Below, in pieces: positions 1 through 13,678 of a stretch of 64,000 nucleotides of DNA; positions within the stretch are counted from its first letter, which is position 1, and each line of letters begins with the position of its first letter. Made by a program: the position numbers and the translations under genes. This DNA comes from Anolis carolinensis (taxonomy: Eukaryota), in the NCBI RefSeq assembly GCF_035594765.1, contig NC_085844.1:182420107-182484106 (forward strand), given 5' to 3'. The notes below the pieces were generated by a model. The model did not search any database, was not told where the DNA came from, and worked only from the letters and a program-made list of their open reading frames with translations.

Positions 1-578
1 AATTTCTACAGATGAAATTCTGGAATGAAGAGTAAAAACAATGGGATATGTAATACTATCTTTTACTGTGCTGAGGGGTCAGGACTGTTAACTTGACTTT
101 ATTTTCTATTATAACATTTCCATTTTCTTTAATAGCCATAAAGAAAAAGACTCTTCTTTCTCCTTGTCCCCTCCCACCATATAAGAATATGCAACATGTG
201 TTTTATAGATCTTTGGGAGACCACACCTTCCTGCATCCCTAGAGACATATAACTTTAAATTCTTGTTGTTCTTGTGTGCCTTCGAGTAATTTCTTATTTA
301 TTGCAACCCTATCACAGGGTTTTCTTGGCAGATTTTGTTGGCGGAGGAGGGTTTGCCCTTGTCTTCCTCTGAAGTTAAGCATGTGACTTGCCCAAGATCA
401 TCCAGTAGGTTTCCTTGGTTGAGCAGGGTTCTGAACCCTGGTTTTCCAGTAGCCTAGTCCAGCACTCAAACCTCTCTACCACCCTGGTTCTCCAGCTTAA
501 AAATAATTTATTGCCAAAAGAGGTTACTCAGTGGTTACTTACAGGAGAGCCCTCCATAACTACCAAAGAAAATGTTAC

Positions 579-788
579 CTTCTGTTTCATCTTCCAAATG
601 ACTTTTTCCATTAGATCCAGGCTGTTGTCTCTCCATTGCCTGGCCTCCTCCATCTTCCTCTGGATCCTTCTGCGTGACAGCCATTTCCATAACACGATCG
701 CAGTGGCAGAACCACAGGTCAGAGCAAAGGCTGCCTGAAGGTTTATGGCATCCCTGGGCAAGATCTCCCCCAGCATCTCCTCGACCAT
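579..788 (-). CDS. Exon 1 of a second FAAH-family amidase (FAAH/vitamin D3 hydroxylase-associated protein-like); gene continues off the left edge
   Basis: gccATGG Kozak start at 788; 70 codons MVEEMLG...TCGSATAIVLWKWLSRRRIQRKMEEARQWRDNSLDLMEKVIWKMKQK, then phase-0 donor gtaac. Hydrophobic anchor plus basic helix match exon 1 of the neighbouring paralog (CCSAATLLWLRWQRRRKIRRKIEEAQ). Confidence 0.85.
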
Positions 789-870
789 GGCAAAACGTCT
801 GTCCTTCTTGTGTAGCTTACTCAGAAGGCAGCCCAAAAAAGGCGGGGAGGGGAGGAGATGCTACCTGGGG

Positions 871-880
871 CTATTTAAGC
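871..880 (-). promoter_or_regulatory. TATA-like element upstream of FAAH-like paralog 2
   Basis: CTTAAATAG about 85 nt upstream of the ATG; a similar CTTAAAG lies about 50 nt upstream of the paralog 1 ATG (34347-34353). Confidence 0.35.
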
Positions 881-1584
881 CTTAGTTACTGAGCAACTTC
901 AAAACTCAAGAGACCTTCAAAAATTCATGACTAACTCCTCCCAAGGGGCCCCAGAATCTGACCTTTAATCTGTTAGACAGTAACCTGATTAGAAGCCTCT
1001 ACTCCATGTCTTCTGAAGAATTTGCGCAACTCCCAAACATGTCATGATAAAGACAATACACACATGCCACTGCTACACAATCCTTGCTGGTTTTAGCAAT
1101 AAACTATTAATCTCTAATCTGTTTTGTGTATCGTTTATATAAATACATTTAAAATATGTGTATTTGTGGTATTTTTACAATGTTTATGTGTTTTATTTAT
1201 TCTGTAATCCACCTCGAGGAGAGGTGGTCAAGAAATAAAATAATTATAATTATAGAATTGCCTGCAAAAAAACCCCATGTTGCCAAGACTGTGATTTGCA
1301 GACTTTAGGTTTGTGGATGTGAGCATGTGGAAAGTGCCTACTGTGACCCCAACCAGGCCCTTTTCAGTGTAAACCAAGTTATTCCAGTCTCAGTGAAGAC
1401 ATGGGCAATTCTGCCAAATCCAATAACTCTATACTTATGTATCGCCACAAAAATATTTTTTCATAAGCCCAATTACATACCTTGCAGCAATGTACTGTAA
1501 AATTAAATTTTTATGCTGATTTAGTTTAAGAACCTTCTAATGTAAATGCTCTCTGGTCAGAGCAGCCACTACTGCCCAGTTACA

Positions 1585-1644
<60 letters not shown>

Positions 1645-1760
1645 TATTGTATTTATACCACGCCCTTCTCACCCTGAAGGGGACTCAGAGAGACTTACAA
1701 AAAGGCACAATTCAATGCCGCATATATGTACATATAATAAAACAAACAGTATATAGTAAA
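1585..1760 (-). repeat. (TAA)n microsatellite plus L2-type 3' tail
   Basis: (ATT)n at 1585-1645 adjoining ccacgcccttctcaccctgaaggggactcagag...cttaca. Similar tails near 8680, 9190, 13680, 17540, 27660, 31380, 45600 and 55580. Confidence 0.65.
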
Positions 1761-1974
1761 ACCAAAATGTTATTCTGATGTTTTCTGGTAGACTCTGGTA
1801 GGTAAAATTTCCAAGCTCTTCTTAATTCCAAAACAGGGAAGACATGTCTGGAGGAAGCTGGATGTGAGGGCAGAAATAGTTGGGGAACATATTTGGAGTT
1901 AAAATCAGTGGGCATGATATGCGTTCCCCATCACTGACCTCTTAAGCCCCCTAAGATATGGAGAAAAACACGTG

Positions 1975-2703
1975 AAGATACAGAATGGGGGACACCTGGC
2001 TAGACAGCAGTACATATGAAAAAGATCTTGGAGTCCTTGTGGACAACAAGTTAAACATGAGCCAGCAATGTGATGCGGCTGCTAAGAAAGCCAATGGGAT
2101 TCTGGCCTGCATCAATAGGGGTATAGCATCTAGATCCAGGGAAGTCATGCTCCCCCTCTGTTCTGCCTTGGTCAGACCACACCTGGAATACTGCGTCCAA
2201 TTCTGGGCACTGCAGTTGAAGGGAGATGTTGACAAGCTGGAAAGCTTCCAGAGGAGGGCAACTAAAATGATCAAAGGTCTGGAGAACAAGCCCTATGAGG
2301 ACAGGCTTAAAGAACTGGGCATGTTTAGTCTGCAGAAGAGAAGGCTAAGAGGAGACATGATAGCCATGTACAAGTATGTGAGGGGAAGTCATAGGGAGGA
2401 GGGAGCAAGCTTGTTTTCTGCTGCCCTGCAGACCAGGACGCGGAACAATGGCTTCAAACTACAGAAAAGGAGATTCCACCTGAACATCTGGAAGAACTTC
2501 TTCACTGTGAGGGCTGTTTGGCAGTGGAACTCTCTCCCCCAGACTGTGGTGGAGGCTCCTTCTTTGGAGGCTTTTAAGCAGAGGCTGGATGGTCATCTGT
2601 CGGGGGTGCTTTGAATGCGATTTCCTGCTTCTTGGCAGGGGGTTGGACTGGATGGCCCATGAGGTCTCTTCCAACTCTACTATTCTATGATTCTATGATT
2701 CTA
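1975..2703 (+). mobile_element. CR1 LINE 3' fragment
   Basis: ORF 1985-2614 is the CR1 ORF2 C-terminus (EKDLGVLVD, LVRPHLEYCVQFW, WNSLP); ends in (ATTCTATG)n tail. Confidence 0.95.
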
Positions 2704-3433
2704 AGACACCCGAGATTTAAAGCTAAGATAGGAAAAGCAAATATTTATACACAGGCTAAAGATCTCCCTCATTGTGCTTTTTAAAAAAGAGGATTCTAAT
2801 GATCTTAGGGTGTTAATAAAACAGAGCAATATACCTGCATGGTAAAAACAAAATCAACATAATGAAGTCATTGGAGCTTGAATAAAAGTGGCTGCGGTGG
2901 TAGAGACAGACTTTGGATTCCCTTAACTGTGTCCAATGGTTATTCATTTCCAAGCATAAACCTGTTTGCAGCATTTCAAAGATTAATGTATTCCATGACA
3001 CCAAATGATTTATTTGTGCACTTTCAAGTGTGGGACAAAGGAAGTGGCTCAGGTTTCTACATTTGCTGGCCATGATTCCCATTGACCACCTTGACTGTAC
3101 TCACCTTCATGGTGAACCAAGCCCTCCAATACTTCCTATCCATTCCCTTTTTACCCCTTGATTTCTCTAGCTTTAAAAAGCAGGTGTAGTTCAGTGACAG
3201 AAAAAGTGATCTGCCTGAAAAACATATCAGGAAAGAATCCTGTCTGAATCTGCAAGGAACTATTGCCTGTTAATGTCTACTGCTCTGGATGGCCTAATGG
3301 TCTGGGTGTATTGTGTGGCAGATTTCTATATTGCTGTCTGGGAATCTTGGATATGGATGCTTATACAATACCAGCAGCTGCATTGACTGTACACTCTTTA
3401 ATGGAAACACTTGCAAATATAATGGGACCAATT

Positions 3434-3622
3434 TATTTTCACGTCAGGAGCGACTTGAGAAACTGCAAGTTGCTTCTGTTGTGAGAGAATTGGCCGTCAG
3501 CAAGGATGTTGCCCAGGGGACGCCTGGATGTTTGATGTTTTGCCATCCTTGCGGGAGGTTTCTCACACGTTCGAGCATGGGGAGCTGGAGCTGACAGAGG
3601 GAGCTCATCCACACTCTCCCCA
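3434..3622 (-). mobile_element. Vingi-related SINE copy (part of head retained)
   Basis: Family body ...gggcaac...ggccaattctctc...gcaacttgcagtttctcaagtcgctcctgac plus A-rich tail, shared with copies at 14117, 20461, 30534 and 35835. Confidence 0.8.
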
Positions 3623-3808
3623 TGACCAATTTGAATGGGACCAATGCAACACACCCTTTCCATGTTCATGGCAGTGCCATAAATTTAAGCACGAAGCAGA
3701 AAAGCATTTCAGCATTTAATCAAAACTTGGTCTGATCAAAGTCTGTTATGGGTCTACTAAACCCAGAAGTTCAGTTTCTCATTTTTCTGTTTCTAGCAAG
3801 TTTTACAC

Positions 3809-4508
3809 TCAATGTGTTCTTCTTTTTTCTGAAGTCAATGTTTCTATTTCCTTCATGAACCGGAGGCACAGTTCTTCCTGCCATGGCAAAGCCACACACT
3901 GAACGGTCACAGGGAGCCCCACACCCCCTTCCACTGCCTGCAAGGACAAAACACAGGAAGAGTAAGGATTTTGTGTTATAGTTTTGATACCCAAGAAAAG
4001 TGGCTGACAGACCTTATGAAGTACTAGATGACACAGGACATACCTTGGCAAAGATTTTGTCCCATATATCATTATAGTACCCTCTGAAGTTCTTCAGTTC
4101 CTCCTCATCTTCCTTCGTCACTGTTGTGACAGGAACCACTCCAGCAGGGAAATCCAAGTAGTTATACAACATAGTATAAATGGCTCCCACTGGAATGACA
4201 AAACCCAATAGGTTACTATGAGCTGCCAAATTAAATTTTTTGCTGACAGCTTGCAATGCTTTTGTAATTACTAATATACTACTTTTGAGGGAGAAGTGGC
4301 TTTATAACCACAGCCTCCTCAAATTTCTATTACAAATCCCCCAAAATGTAATTTTTCCATACCCAGTTTATGAAAATACTGGTAGGTGAGCTGCTTTAAT
4401 TATTGTGTGATTTAAGTTTGATTTGGTTGTATGTTTACTATAGTGTGTTTCTTCTGTTGTAAGCTACCGCAAGTCCTTTCTGGAAGAGTGAGTGTGGTAT
4501 AAAAAAAG

Positions 4509-4539
<31 letters not shown>

Positions 4540-6172
4540 GACACAACGACGTTGTATGACACAGCAAACAAGATAGATATGCTGGATTTCGTTTCACAAA
4601 ATCACAAGTCGAACACTTCCCAAGTGTCTAGGACTGTGTGATGTATTTTCGGATGATGCGTGCAGATCCCAGTAAGGTGGCCTTTTGCAGTTGGCAGATC
4701 GTAATTTTGTCAATGTCTATTGTTTCCAAATGCCGGCTGAGATCTTTTGGCACGGCACCCAGTGTGCCCATCACCACCGGGACCACCTGCACTGGTTTCT
4801 GCCAGAGTCTGGGAAGTTCAATCTTGAGGTCCTGATAGCGGCTGAGTTTTTCCTGTTGTTTTTCTTCAATGCGACTGTCACCTGGGATGGCAACATCAAT
4901 GATCCAAACCTTGTTCTTTTCCACCACTGTGATGTCTGGTGTGTTGTGTTCCAGAACTTTATCAGTCTGGATTCGGAAGTCCCACAGTATCTTTGCGTGT
5001 TCATTTTCCACAACCTTTGCAGGTTTGTGATCCCACCAGTTCTTAACTGCAGGGAGGTGATACTTGAGGCATAGGTTCCAATGAATCATTTGGGCCACAC
5101 AGTTGTGCCTCTGTTTGTAGTCTGTCTGTGCAATTTTCTTACAGCAGCTGAGGATATGATCAATGGTTTCATCGGTTTCCTTGCACAGTCTGCACTTTGG
5201 GTCATCAGCTGATTTTTCGATCTTGGCCTTGATTGCATTTGTTCTGATGGCTTGCTCCTGGGCTGCAAGGATCAGGCCTTCTGTCTCCTTCTTCAGGGTC
5301 CCATTTGTGAGCCAGAGCCAGGTCTTCTCCTTATCAGCTTTTCCTTCAATTTTGTCAAGGAACTTTCCATGCAATGTTTTGTTGTGCCAGCTGTCAGCTC
5401 TAGTTTGTAGTGCGGTTTTCTTGTACTGGTTTTTTGTCTGCTGTGCTTTGAGGAGTTTCTGATTTTTGACTTCAATGAGAGCAGGTTCTTCACTTTGTTT
5501 TACATATTCTGCCAGGGCATGTTCTTCTTCTTTGACTGCTTGTTTTACTTGCAAGAGTCCTCTGCCCCCTGATCTTCTAGGCAGATACAGCCGGTCAACA
5601 TCACTGCGAGGGTGCAGTGAATGATGAATGGTCATGAGTTTTCTTGTTTTTCTGTCCAAATTGTCCAGTTCTGCCTGTGTCCAATTTATAATGCCAGCAG
5701 TATATCTTATGACAGGTATGGCCCAGGTGTTTATGGCCTTGATGGTGTTGCCTCCATTGAGCTTGCTTTTGAGAATTTTTCTGACCCTTTGTGTGTATTC
5801 TTTACTGACCACAGTTTTCACATGTTCATGCTTGATGTTGTCCAGCTGTAATATGCCCAGATATTTATAGGCCTCTGGCTGGTGACACCTTATTGTTTGG
5901 CCGTTGGGCATATTGATGCCCTCACTTTCAATTATTTTTCCCTTCTTCAATGCCACTGTCGAACATTTGTCCAAACCAAACTCCATGTTGATATCAGTGC
6001 TAAAAATTCGGACAGTGTTGGTCAGAGATTGGATTTCAGTTTCCGTTTTCCCATATAGCTTCAGGTCATCCATGTACATCAAATGTGAAATTTTGTGAGA
6101 ATTCTTAGATGTTTGGTAGCCGAGATTTGTTTTTTGTAAGATTGTTGACAGAGGGATCATGGCAATAATGAA

Positions 6173-6214
<42 letters not shown>

Positions 6215-9200
6215 GAGGCTTACTGCAGTGGTGGGCACTTTATACGTGGAAGTCTTCTTGAAAGTATTCTTTAGGAAGATGCAGTTATTATGAGTCAGGA
6301 ATCCAGAAATACAGGCTGGATCTACATTGCCCCCATATCCTAGGATTTGATCCCAGGTTATCTGCTTTGAACTGGATTAAATGAGTGTCCACTGCCATAT
6401 AATCTGGGATAAGCAGATAATCTAGGATCAGATCCTGAGATATAGGACAGTGTAGAAGGGGCCACAATCAACCAACCCTCTACATTTTTCAGTTTGGCCT
6501 TTGCAGATTTGATTATTCACTGATTTGATCAAAATATTCTCAGAGGGGAATTCTTTTTTCCAACACAAATTATTTAAAACAGCCACTTGTGGAATACTGT
6601 TGCCTCCTAGGGGACAATAAATATAGTCCTTTTTTAAAAAATGGGGGTACTTTCCCCAAATCTGAATAGGCAGAGACCATGAAGCCCAAGAAACCTCTAA
6701 GACCCAAAGACAAAAAAAACCTTGAGACCCAAAGCTCCTTTCTCTTGATACAGCAAACTTACAATAGAAGTTAAAATTAATACCTAAACACAGTCATAAC
6801 ATCTAGATTGCCCAATCCTGATCAATACAGAGCTAAGAAACATCTGATAGTATGGGGTACATTGTCACCAATATACAGATGACATGCTATTCCTTGTTTC
6901 CTTACATCAGCAGAGTTATAGATCTTTCATCCCAGGGTTTGAATTGGGAAAAATAATTTTAAAGATGTAACACCAAAGAATTAAACAAAGACGACAAGTG
7001 AAACTATAATGTTCCCGATGCATTCTGACATCTTTGTCCAGAGAAACTAGTTTCTGAAAATTCCCCCAAAGAACTGTGTGGAACTGTTTCACTTCTGCCT
7101 TAGCAAAGAAATGAATATTTGAAAACATTCTAAAGATTCCCAATGCCCTCTGGAAATCTGATTTCACACATAATGTCCAAGTACTTGAAATTTTGCCGGG
7201 ATATCCAATCTTATAAGCAGGAGACAGTGCAGGGCAAAGCATCACATCCAGCTGTAGTTTCTTCCACTCTGCAATAAATTTGTAGCAGTATTCCTAAGCA
7301 AGAAAGAATGAGAAAAGATAGCAAGATTTCAGTATTCATGTCTTAATTACACTGTTCCTTGACTTTAAGCAATGTTCTATACATGGAAGTGCCCTCATTC
7401 TATTACTGCAAAATACACAAGATAAGCTGTCTATTGATGCATAGTATGAATATCATAATATTCCAGTACTGGGCTAGTTGCCACCTGCTTTTTGGGTTCA
7501 ATTCAATGTGCTGGTTTCAATCTTTCAAGCCCTAAAAAGCTTGAGACCTGACTATTAAAGGGACCCACCTGTTACATTATGAACCTGACTTTATGTTAAG
7601 ATCTTCAGAGAGGGTCTTCTTCAGAATAACATCATATACATAGGTAAACTGAAATTAGGGAGAACTTCTACATATGAATCTATGTTGCTCCCAGGCTTTT
7701 TATTTTCTCAGAACTTTAAACAGTTCCCTCTCTTGCTGCTGTAGTGAAGAGTGTCAAGAAATTGTATTTTAAAATTGTCTTGATGTTTGCTAATTATTAT
7801 TTATTTTAATGGCTTCAGTGATCATTATCTTCATGCTTTGTTTAATTAGGGATAGTGGCATCTGCCTTAAGAGCTTTTTAGTGGATAATCACAATAAAAT
7901 AAAAGTATTGTATTTTAGTGTTCTAAAAAAAATTAAGACCCTAAAGATAAAGGTTTTCCCCTGACATTAAGTCTAGTTGTGTCCGACTCTGGGGGTTGGT
8001 GCTCATCTCCATTTCTAAGCTGAAGAGCCGGCGTTGTCTGTATGCACCTCCAAGGTCATGTGGCTGGCATTACTGCATGGAACACCATTACCTTCCCGCT
8101 GGTGTGGTACTTATTGATCTACTCACATTTGCATGTTTTCAAATTGCTAAGTTAGCAGAATCTGGGGCTAACAGTGGGAGCTCACCCGTTCCCCGGATTC
8201 AAAATGCTGACTTTCCGGCCAGCAAGTTCAGCAGCTCAGCGGTTTAACCCACTGTGCCATCGGGGGCTCCTTAGTAACAACTAAGACCCTACAGTAAAGA
8301 TAAAGGTTTTCCCCCTGATATTAAGTCTAGTCATATCCGACTCTGGCGGTTGGTGCTCATCTTCGGCTCATCTAAACCAAAAAGCCAGTGTTGTCTGTAG
8401 ACACCTCCAAGGTCATGTGACCGGCATGACTGCATGGAGCACCGTTACCTTCCCACCGGAGCGGTACCTATTTATCTACCCACATTTGCATGTTTTTGAA
8501 CTGCTAGATTGGCAGATGTTGGGACAAAAGCAGCAGCTCACCCTGCTCCATGGATTCAAACCGCAGACCTTTCGGTCAGCAAGTTCAGCAGCTCAGCGGT
8601 TTAACCCCTCTGTGCCACCGGGAGCTCCTTAGTAAGTTACTTAGTTACTGAGACCCTAGTAATATTATATTAGTTTGTTATCTGCCTCTCCTCACAGCTC
8701 GAATAGGGGCACAAAACAGTTAAAACACATCATCATAAAATATCGTAAAATGCATAAAACACACCACTTCAAAATACATATAATACAATATTAATAATTA
8801 AAATTGAATTAAAATACAAAACAAATAATAAATTAAAACACAAATAGAATGTAAATGTAAAATTCAGTTTAAAATTGACTGGGTAGGCCTGAAGAGATAG
8901 GTCTTCAGTTCCGTCTTGATTGCTTGAGATGATACAGAGCCGTACAAATGCTAAAATGGCTGTGGACTAGTTTTGCTTAAGTGTGTCCCTACATAATAAA
9001 GCATCCAGTAAGTTATCTGTATATCAATTTCAGATGCTCAAAATACACTTTTTTAAAAGGATGTTAGTACAAAATAGAAAAGGTTGCAATAATAATTTTG
9101 GACAAACCTAGACACTGATTAGGGTGACTTAGTATAACTTTGAACATCTAAATCAGTGGTTCTCAACCTGTGGGTCCCCAGGTGTTTTAATAATAATAAT

Positions 9201-12200
9201 TATTATTATTTTATTTTTATACCCCACCCCATCTCCCCGAGGGGACTCGGGGCAGCTTACATGGGGCCAAGCCCAGGCATCAAACAATATAAAACTCAAC
9301 AATAAAAACAAATCATAAGCAAATAAAATCACATATACAAATAAACAATAAGCACACTTTGATAAAATCCTGGGTTGGCTCCTAAAAGAGGTAGTAAGCC
9401 AGAAAAGCGCAAATAGTTTTGTACGGTACAAATTAGCCTACAACTCCCAGAAATCCTGGCCAGTTTACCAGCTGTTAGGATTTCTGGGAGTTGAAGGCCA
9501 AAACATCTGGTTGAGAACCACTGATCTAAATAATACAGATGTTCCTGTCTCATCTCATGCCCTGGAAGATTTGTGGCGTGAGGCTGGCTACTACCGCAGC
9601 ACCAGCTCCTGCAAGTTCCACTGGATATTGATTAAGCTGCAAATGGACTCAGGAACTCTTAAAATAAATTTTACCTCAATTTCAAAGTGAAGTTCCCAAA
9701 GTTCTTTCACAGACCTAAAATTTTAAAGAGAAGAAGGTGGTAAACTAGGAAAGAAATAGCATGGTCCTTCCATGTCCAGTCCAGTCTATGTAGCTTTGCC
9801 CAACCTTATAGTCTCCCAATGCCTCAGGACTATAAGCCTCATCATCCCCACCTAATAATAAGAAGGCTGTCATATACTAATAACAGATCTAGACAATACT
9901 TTGTCAAATGACTGCTGGTGGGGTAATTGAGAAAGAAGCCAATAAGCCACTTGTAGGAAAGGATCATTGAGTGGGAAGAATGGATACTTCAAACTTCCCA
10001 TGTACACAAATATACCAAAGTTACAAACACTAATCCGGGGAATTGCCCTCTATTCCTTAGAAATATGAAATTATGGATGCATCTATACTGTAGAATTAAT
10101 GCATTTTGACACCACTGTAATTGTCATGGCTCAATACTATGGCATCATTGGAAATGTAGTTCTACAAAGCCTGTTCCACTAGAGTGTGTTGGTGTCTCAC
10201 TGAATTACAACCCTCAGGATTTCATAGAATTGAGCCATGACAGTTAAAGTAAGTTACACTGCTCTAACTCTAAAGCATAGATGCACCTTGAGTTTCCACC
10301 AAGAAGTCCTTACCTCTCTGTCATGTTTTTCACAAGTTTTGATGCACGAGGACTCTAAGGAAGCAAAAGAATTGACAGAAGAATGGGCTTTTATTTTAAA
10401 ATAATACACTTTTTATAACATTACAAAAATAATACACTTATATCAAAGTGTGCCTAGAAAGTACTGTGAGATGAGTTTTCCCCAGTCCATGAAACCTCAG
10501 TAATCTACTCAAGTTTGTTTGCCCAATCCAATCTATTGCAGACCACAGAATAACACAAGTCAACAAAATCAAACTATTTTTATCATCAAAAATGATAAAA
10601 AGTAGCACAGTTTAAATCAATTTTATGCTGATTTTAAATATTTCTTTATTTTTTCCCCATCACGTCAACTTTTTAAAATATGACAAATGGTATATTACAG
10701 CGAACTACTGTAAAGTCTGCATATTTCATAGCATATTCATGTAGCACAAACCAACAAGCATTTTTTGTCAGATATAATTTTAGGTCATTCTTATAGAGTT
10801 TTTTGCGCTGAATTCAGATCTGTTTATTTTTTCTCTATCATGTATAGTTTTTGCAATGAGGGTAATTAAATAATAAATGCATTTACACACTAATCTCAAT
10901 AGACTCTAATTCGGGGGTCCCCAAACTACGGCCCGCAATCCACATGTGGGCCATCGAAGTCATTTATCTAGCCCCTGCGGCGGCATTAATACACATAAAC
11001 AGTATATAAAACTTAAAAACATATAAAATGCATAGTTCCGTTCTTGGACTTGTTTTCTTCTCTTCCAGTGAGGAGAAAACCACAGTAATTGCACAGCCCA
11101 ACAACAACAAAATAATTTCTTGGTGTCTTGGTTTTTAGACCTGTTCCTGGGGTTATTTGGGCACCAATTCAGAAAACGGCATTCAACAGACCCCATCAGC
11201 TCTAGTAGCTTAGATGATTATCATGATTTTCTATGGGCAAGCAGATGGTAACTGGTAGATAGCATATGGTCTGTATCTCAAAAACTGGAGATGATGGGGT
11301 TGGGGGCGGCGGTGTTCTGGGGCCATTTTTGGAATCAGCAGGTCAAATATACATACCCAGAAACAGGGATAACATTTGAGGTACCAAAATGTGTGTTGCC
11401 CCACTAGTACTTAATCTTTGCATGTGAGGTAAAGATATTAAGGGATTTACATCCCTAGACATAAATGATTATTGAGTTCAGTTATTGTTTCAGTTAAACA
11501 GCTCACTCCCTTTCCCCCTTCTCCCCACTTGCATTAGCATGTGCCCTAACAATGTGCCTCTCCTTTGCTTCTTACGTGTTGTTGCTTAGGTAGCTCACTC
11601 TCCGTTCCTCCTATTCTCTGTTGCAACAGTTCCACTGGCTACCAACCTATTTCCCAGAACAATCTGAAGTGCTGGGTATGACCTATAAAGCCTTATAGAC
11701 CTTGAGCCCAGGTTATTAGAAGACCAAATCTATATGAACTTACCAGAAAACTATGATCATCAGGAGAGGGGGTGATGTGTATTTAGTGTGAACAATGGAG
11801 TGGGCTTTGTGTTGCTTACTCCCAGACTCTGGAACTCCCTCCCAAGAGAGACCAGGATGGCTCCATCCCTGCTTGCCTTTTGTAGGCAGGTGATAACACC
11901 CCTCTGCCATCAGGCATTTATGGACAGATGAGAGGCAAACTTTTGGAGTTGGGTGTGAAATTTTAATGTATTTTAATGAGTAATAGTTTTAATGACACAA
12001 AGGTTTAATTTTTTATTTATATTTAAACCGATTTACGCTGCTTTATTTAGCCCTAATTTATATTCATTATTAGCCGCTTTGAGTCCTAAGATAAAAAGTA
12101 AAGTAATATAATTCCCCTAACTTCACACCGCTGCAGTGAGCTCCTCACTTGATGCTTGTACACTACCATTTGCATCACCAGTAACCCTTCCATCTCTCAC

Positions 12201-13624
12201 CACACCCTCTCATAATGACACTCCCTCCCTTGCTTCTTACATGTCACCACTCCCTTTGCTGAATCTGCCATCCGTCTTATACCCTTCTTTACCTCAACCT
12301 CATTCTCTTGGAAATGCATCCCTTGCCTCACACCACACACTCTTGCAGTGTGCCCCGGCCCCCAAGTTCCTTAAACGTTTCTCCTGGAAATGCCTAGAGA
12401 AATAAGGAGTACTGGTATGGTGCATTTCTGGTCCTTAAATGACTTAGGGCAGATGTAACTGAAGACACACTTTCTTCCACATGTTTCTGCCTAATGGTTA
12501 AGATCAGGCATAACAGTTTATTTCAAAAGATATTTTCTTTATTTATACCCTGCCTTTCTCCCCATGTGGACGGAATTCTTCTCTGGATGCTGAAATGGTA
12601 TGATGGGCAGCCACTAAGAACAAACACATCTTCAAAATGATCCCGGCTCCTCCCTAGGGAGATCTGCCTTATGCTACTGAAACTCTTTATTCTCCCTGTG
12701 CTTTGCATTCACATGTGATCAAATATAGGCACGAATGGGTTTGCTATCAAGACTATCTTCAAGAAAAAATACAAAGAAACTCTGGTCATAATAACTACTG
12801 CTGCTTTCTTCAGCAAGTTAGGAAAGGTCAGTGAGGAAATAAGCCTTACTATTGGTCTGACAATCCAGCTTAGGAGGCGTCGCATCCAGTTAGGTACTTT
12901 TGCCAGGAGCAGCAAATCCTTTATTGAGGGATCCACCAACTCTCCTTTGCTGAAAACCAACCAAGACCATTTCATTATATAATCGTCACCATAATTATCA
13001 CTTCAACTACCAGTATTCCAGCACCAAGACTTTGACAATGGCAAATAGCATAATATAACAGGATTATCAACTATCACACATCTGAACTCCTCAAGGACTC
13101 CCAAGCGTGTGCATTGGGACTCAGTAATGTGTAATTTATCTCTTGTCTCTATTCCATTCTATTCTTGAGATGTACACCCAGATAAACAGCACCTGTTTCA
13201 GGACCAATATTTTTCACAATGAAAGCCAGTAGAAATGAATAATTTGTATTTTCCTTCGCTTCCATATCCTCCCCAATGTATGAAGTTAGGGAGGGCCATA
13301 GGAAAAGTTTAGACACGCAGTTGTAATGTGCCATTAAATGTAATGTGCATCTCTATTTTGGTTCAGCAATTTAGCCAATAAAAGGTGTGCATTACATTAG
13401 AGTAAATACAGAAGTTACAGAGATGTACCTATGATGCCAGTTCAGGATTCCAGTGAACAACCTTATGCTCATATTCATTTCTTTTATTGTCAGTTACTAT
13501 CTGCATTTACACAGGCATCACTCTTTCTTATTTTTTTCTCATTAGGATAAAATCTCTGCTTTTTGAACAACAGCCTTCCTCTTTTGTATATCTTCCCTGA
13601 TGTTAATGATGCAAGCATTCTAGC

Positions 13625-13678
<54 letters not shown>

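Noticed and set aside
789-836. N-terminal extension MGCLLSK... (myristoylation-like) of FAAH paralog 2
   Set aside because: The ORF track starts at a non-ATG codon; the ATG at 788 has a strong Kozak context.
6174-6238. Poly-Asn N-terminus of the 536-aa ORF
   Set aside because: Read-through of the (TAA)n target microsatellite, not part of the element's protein.
8160-8270. tRNA gene
   Set aside because: A/B boxes belong to a SINE head; no cloverleaf.
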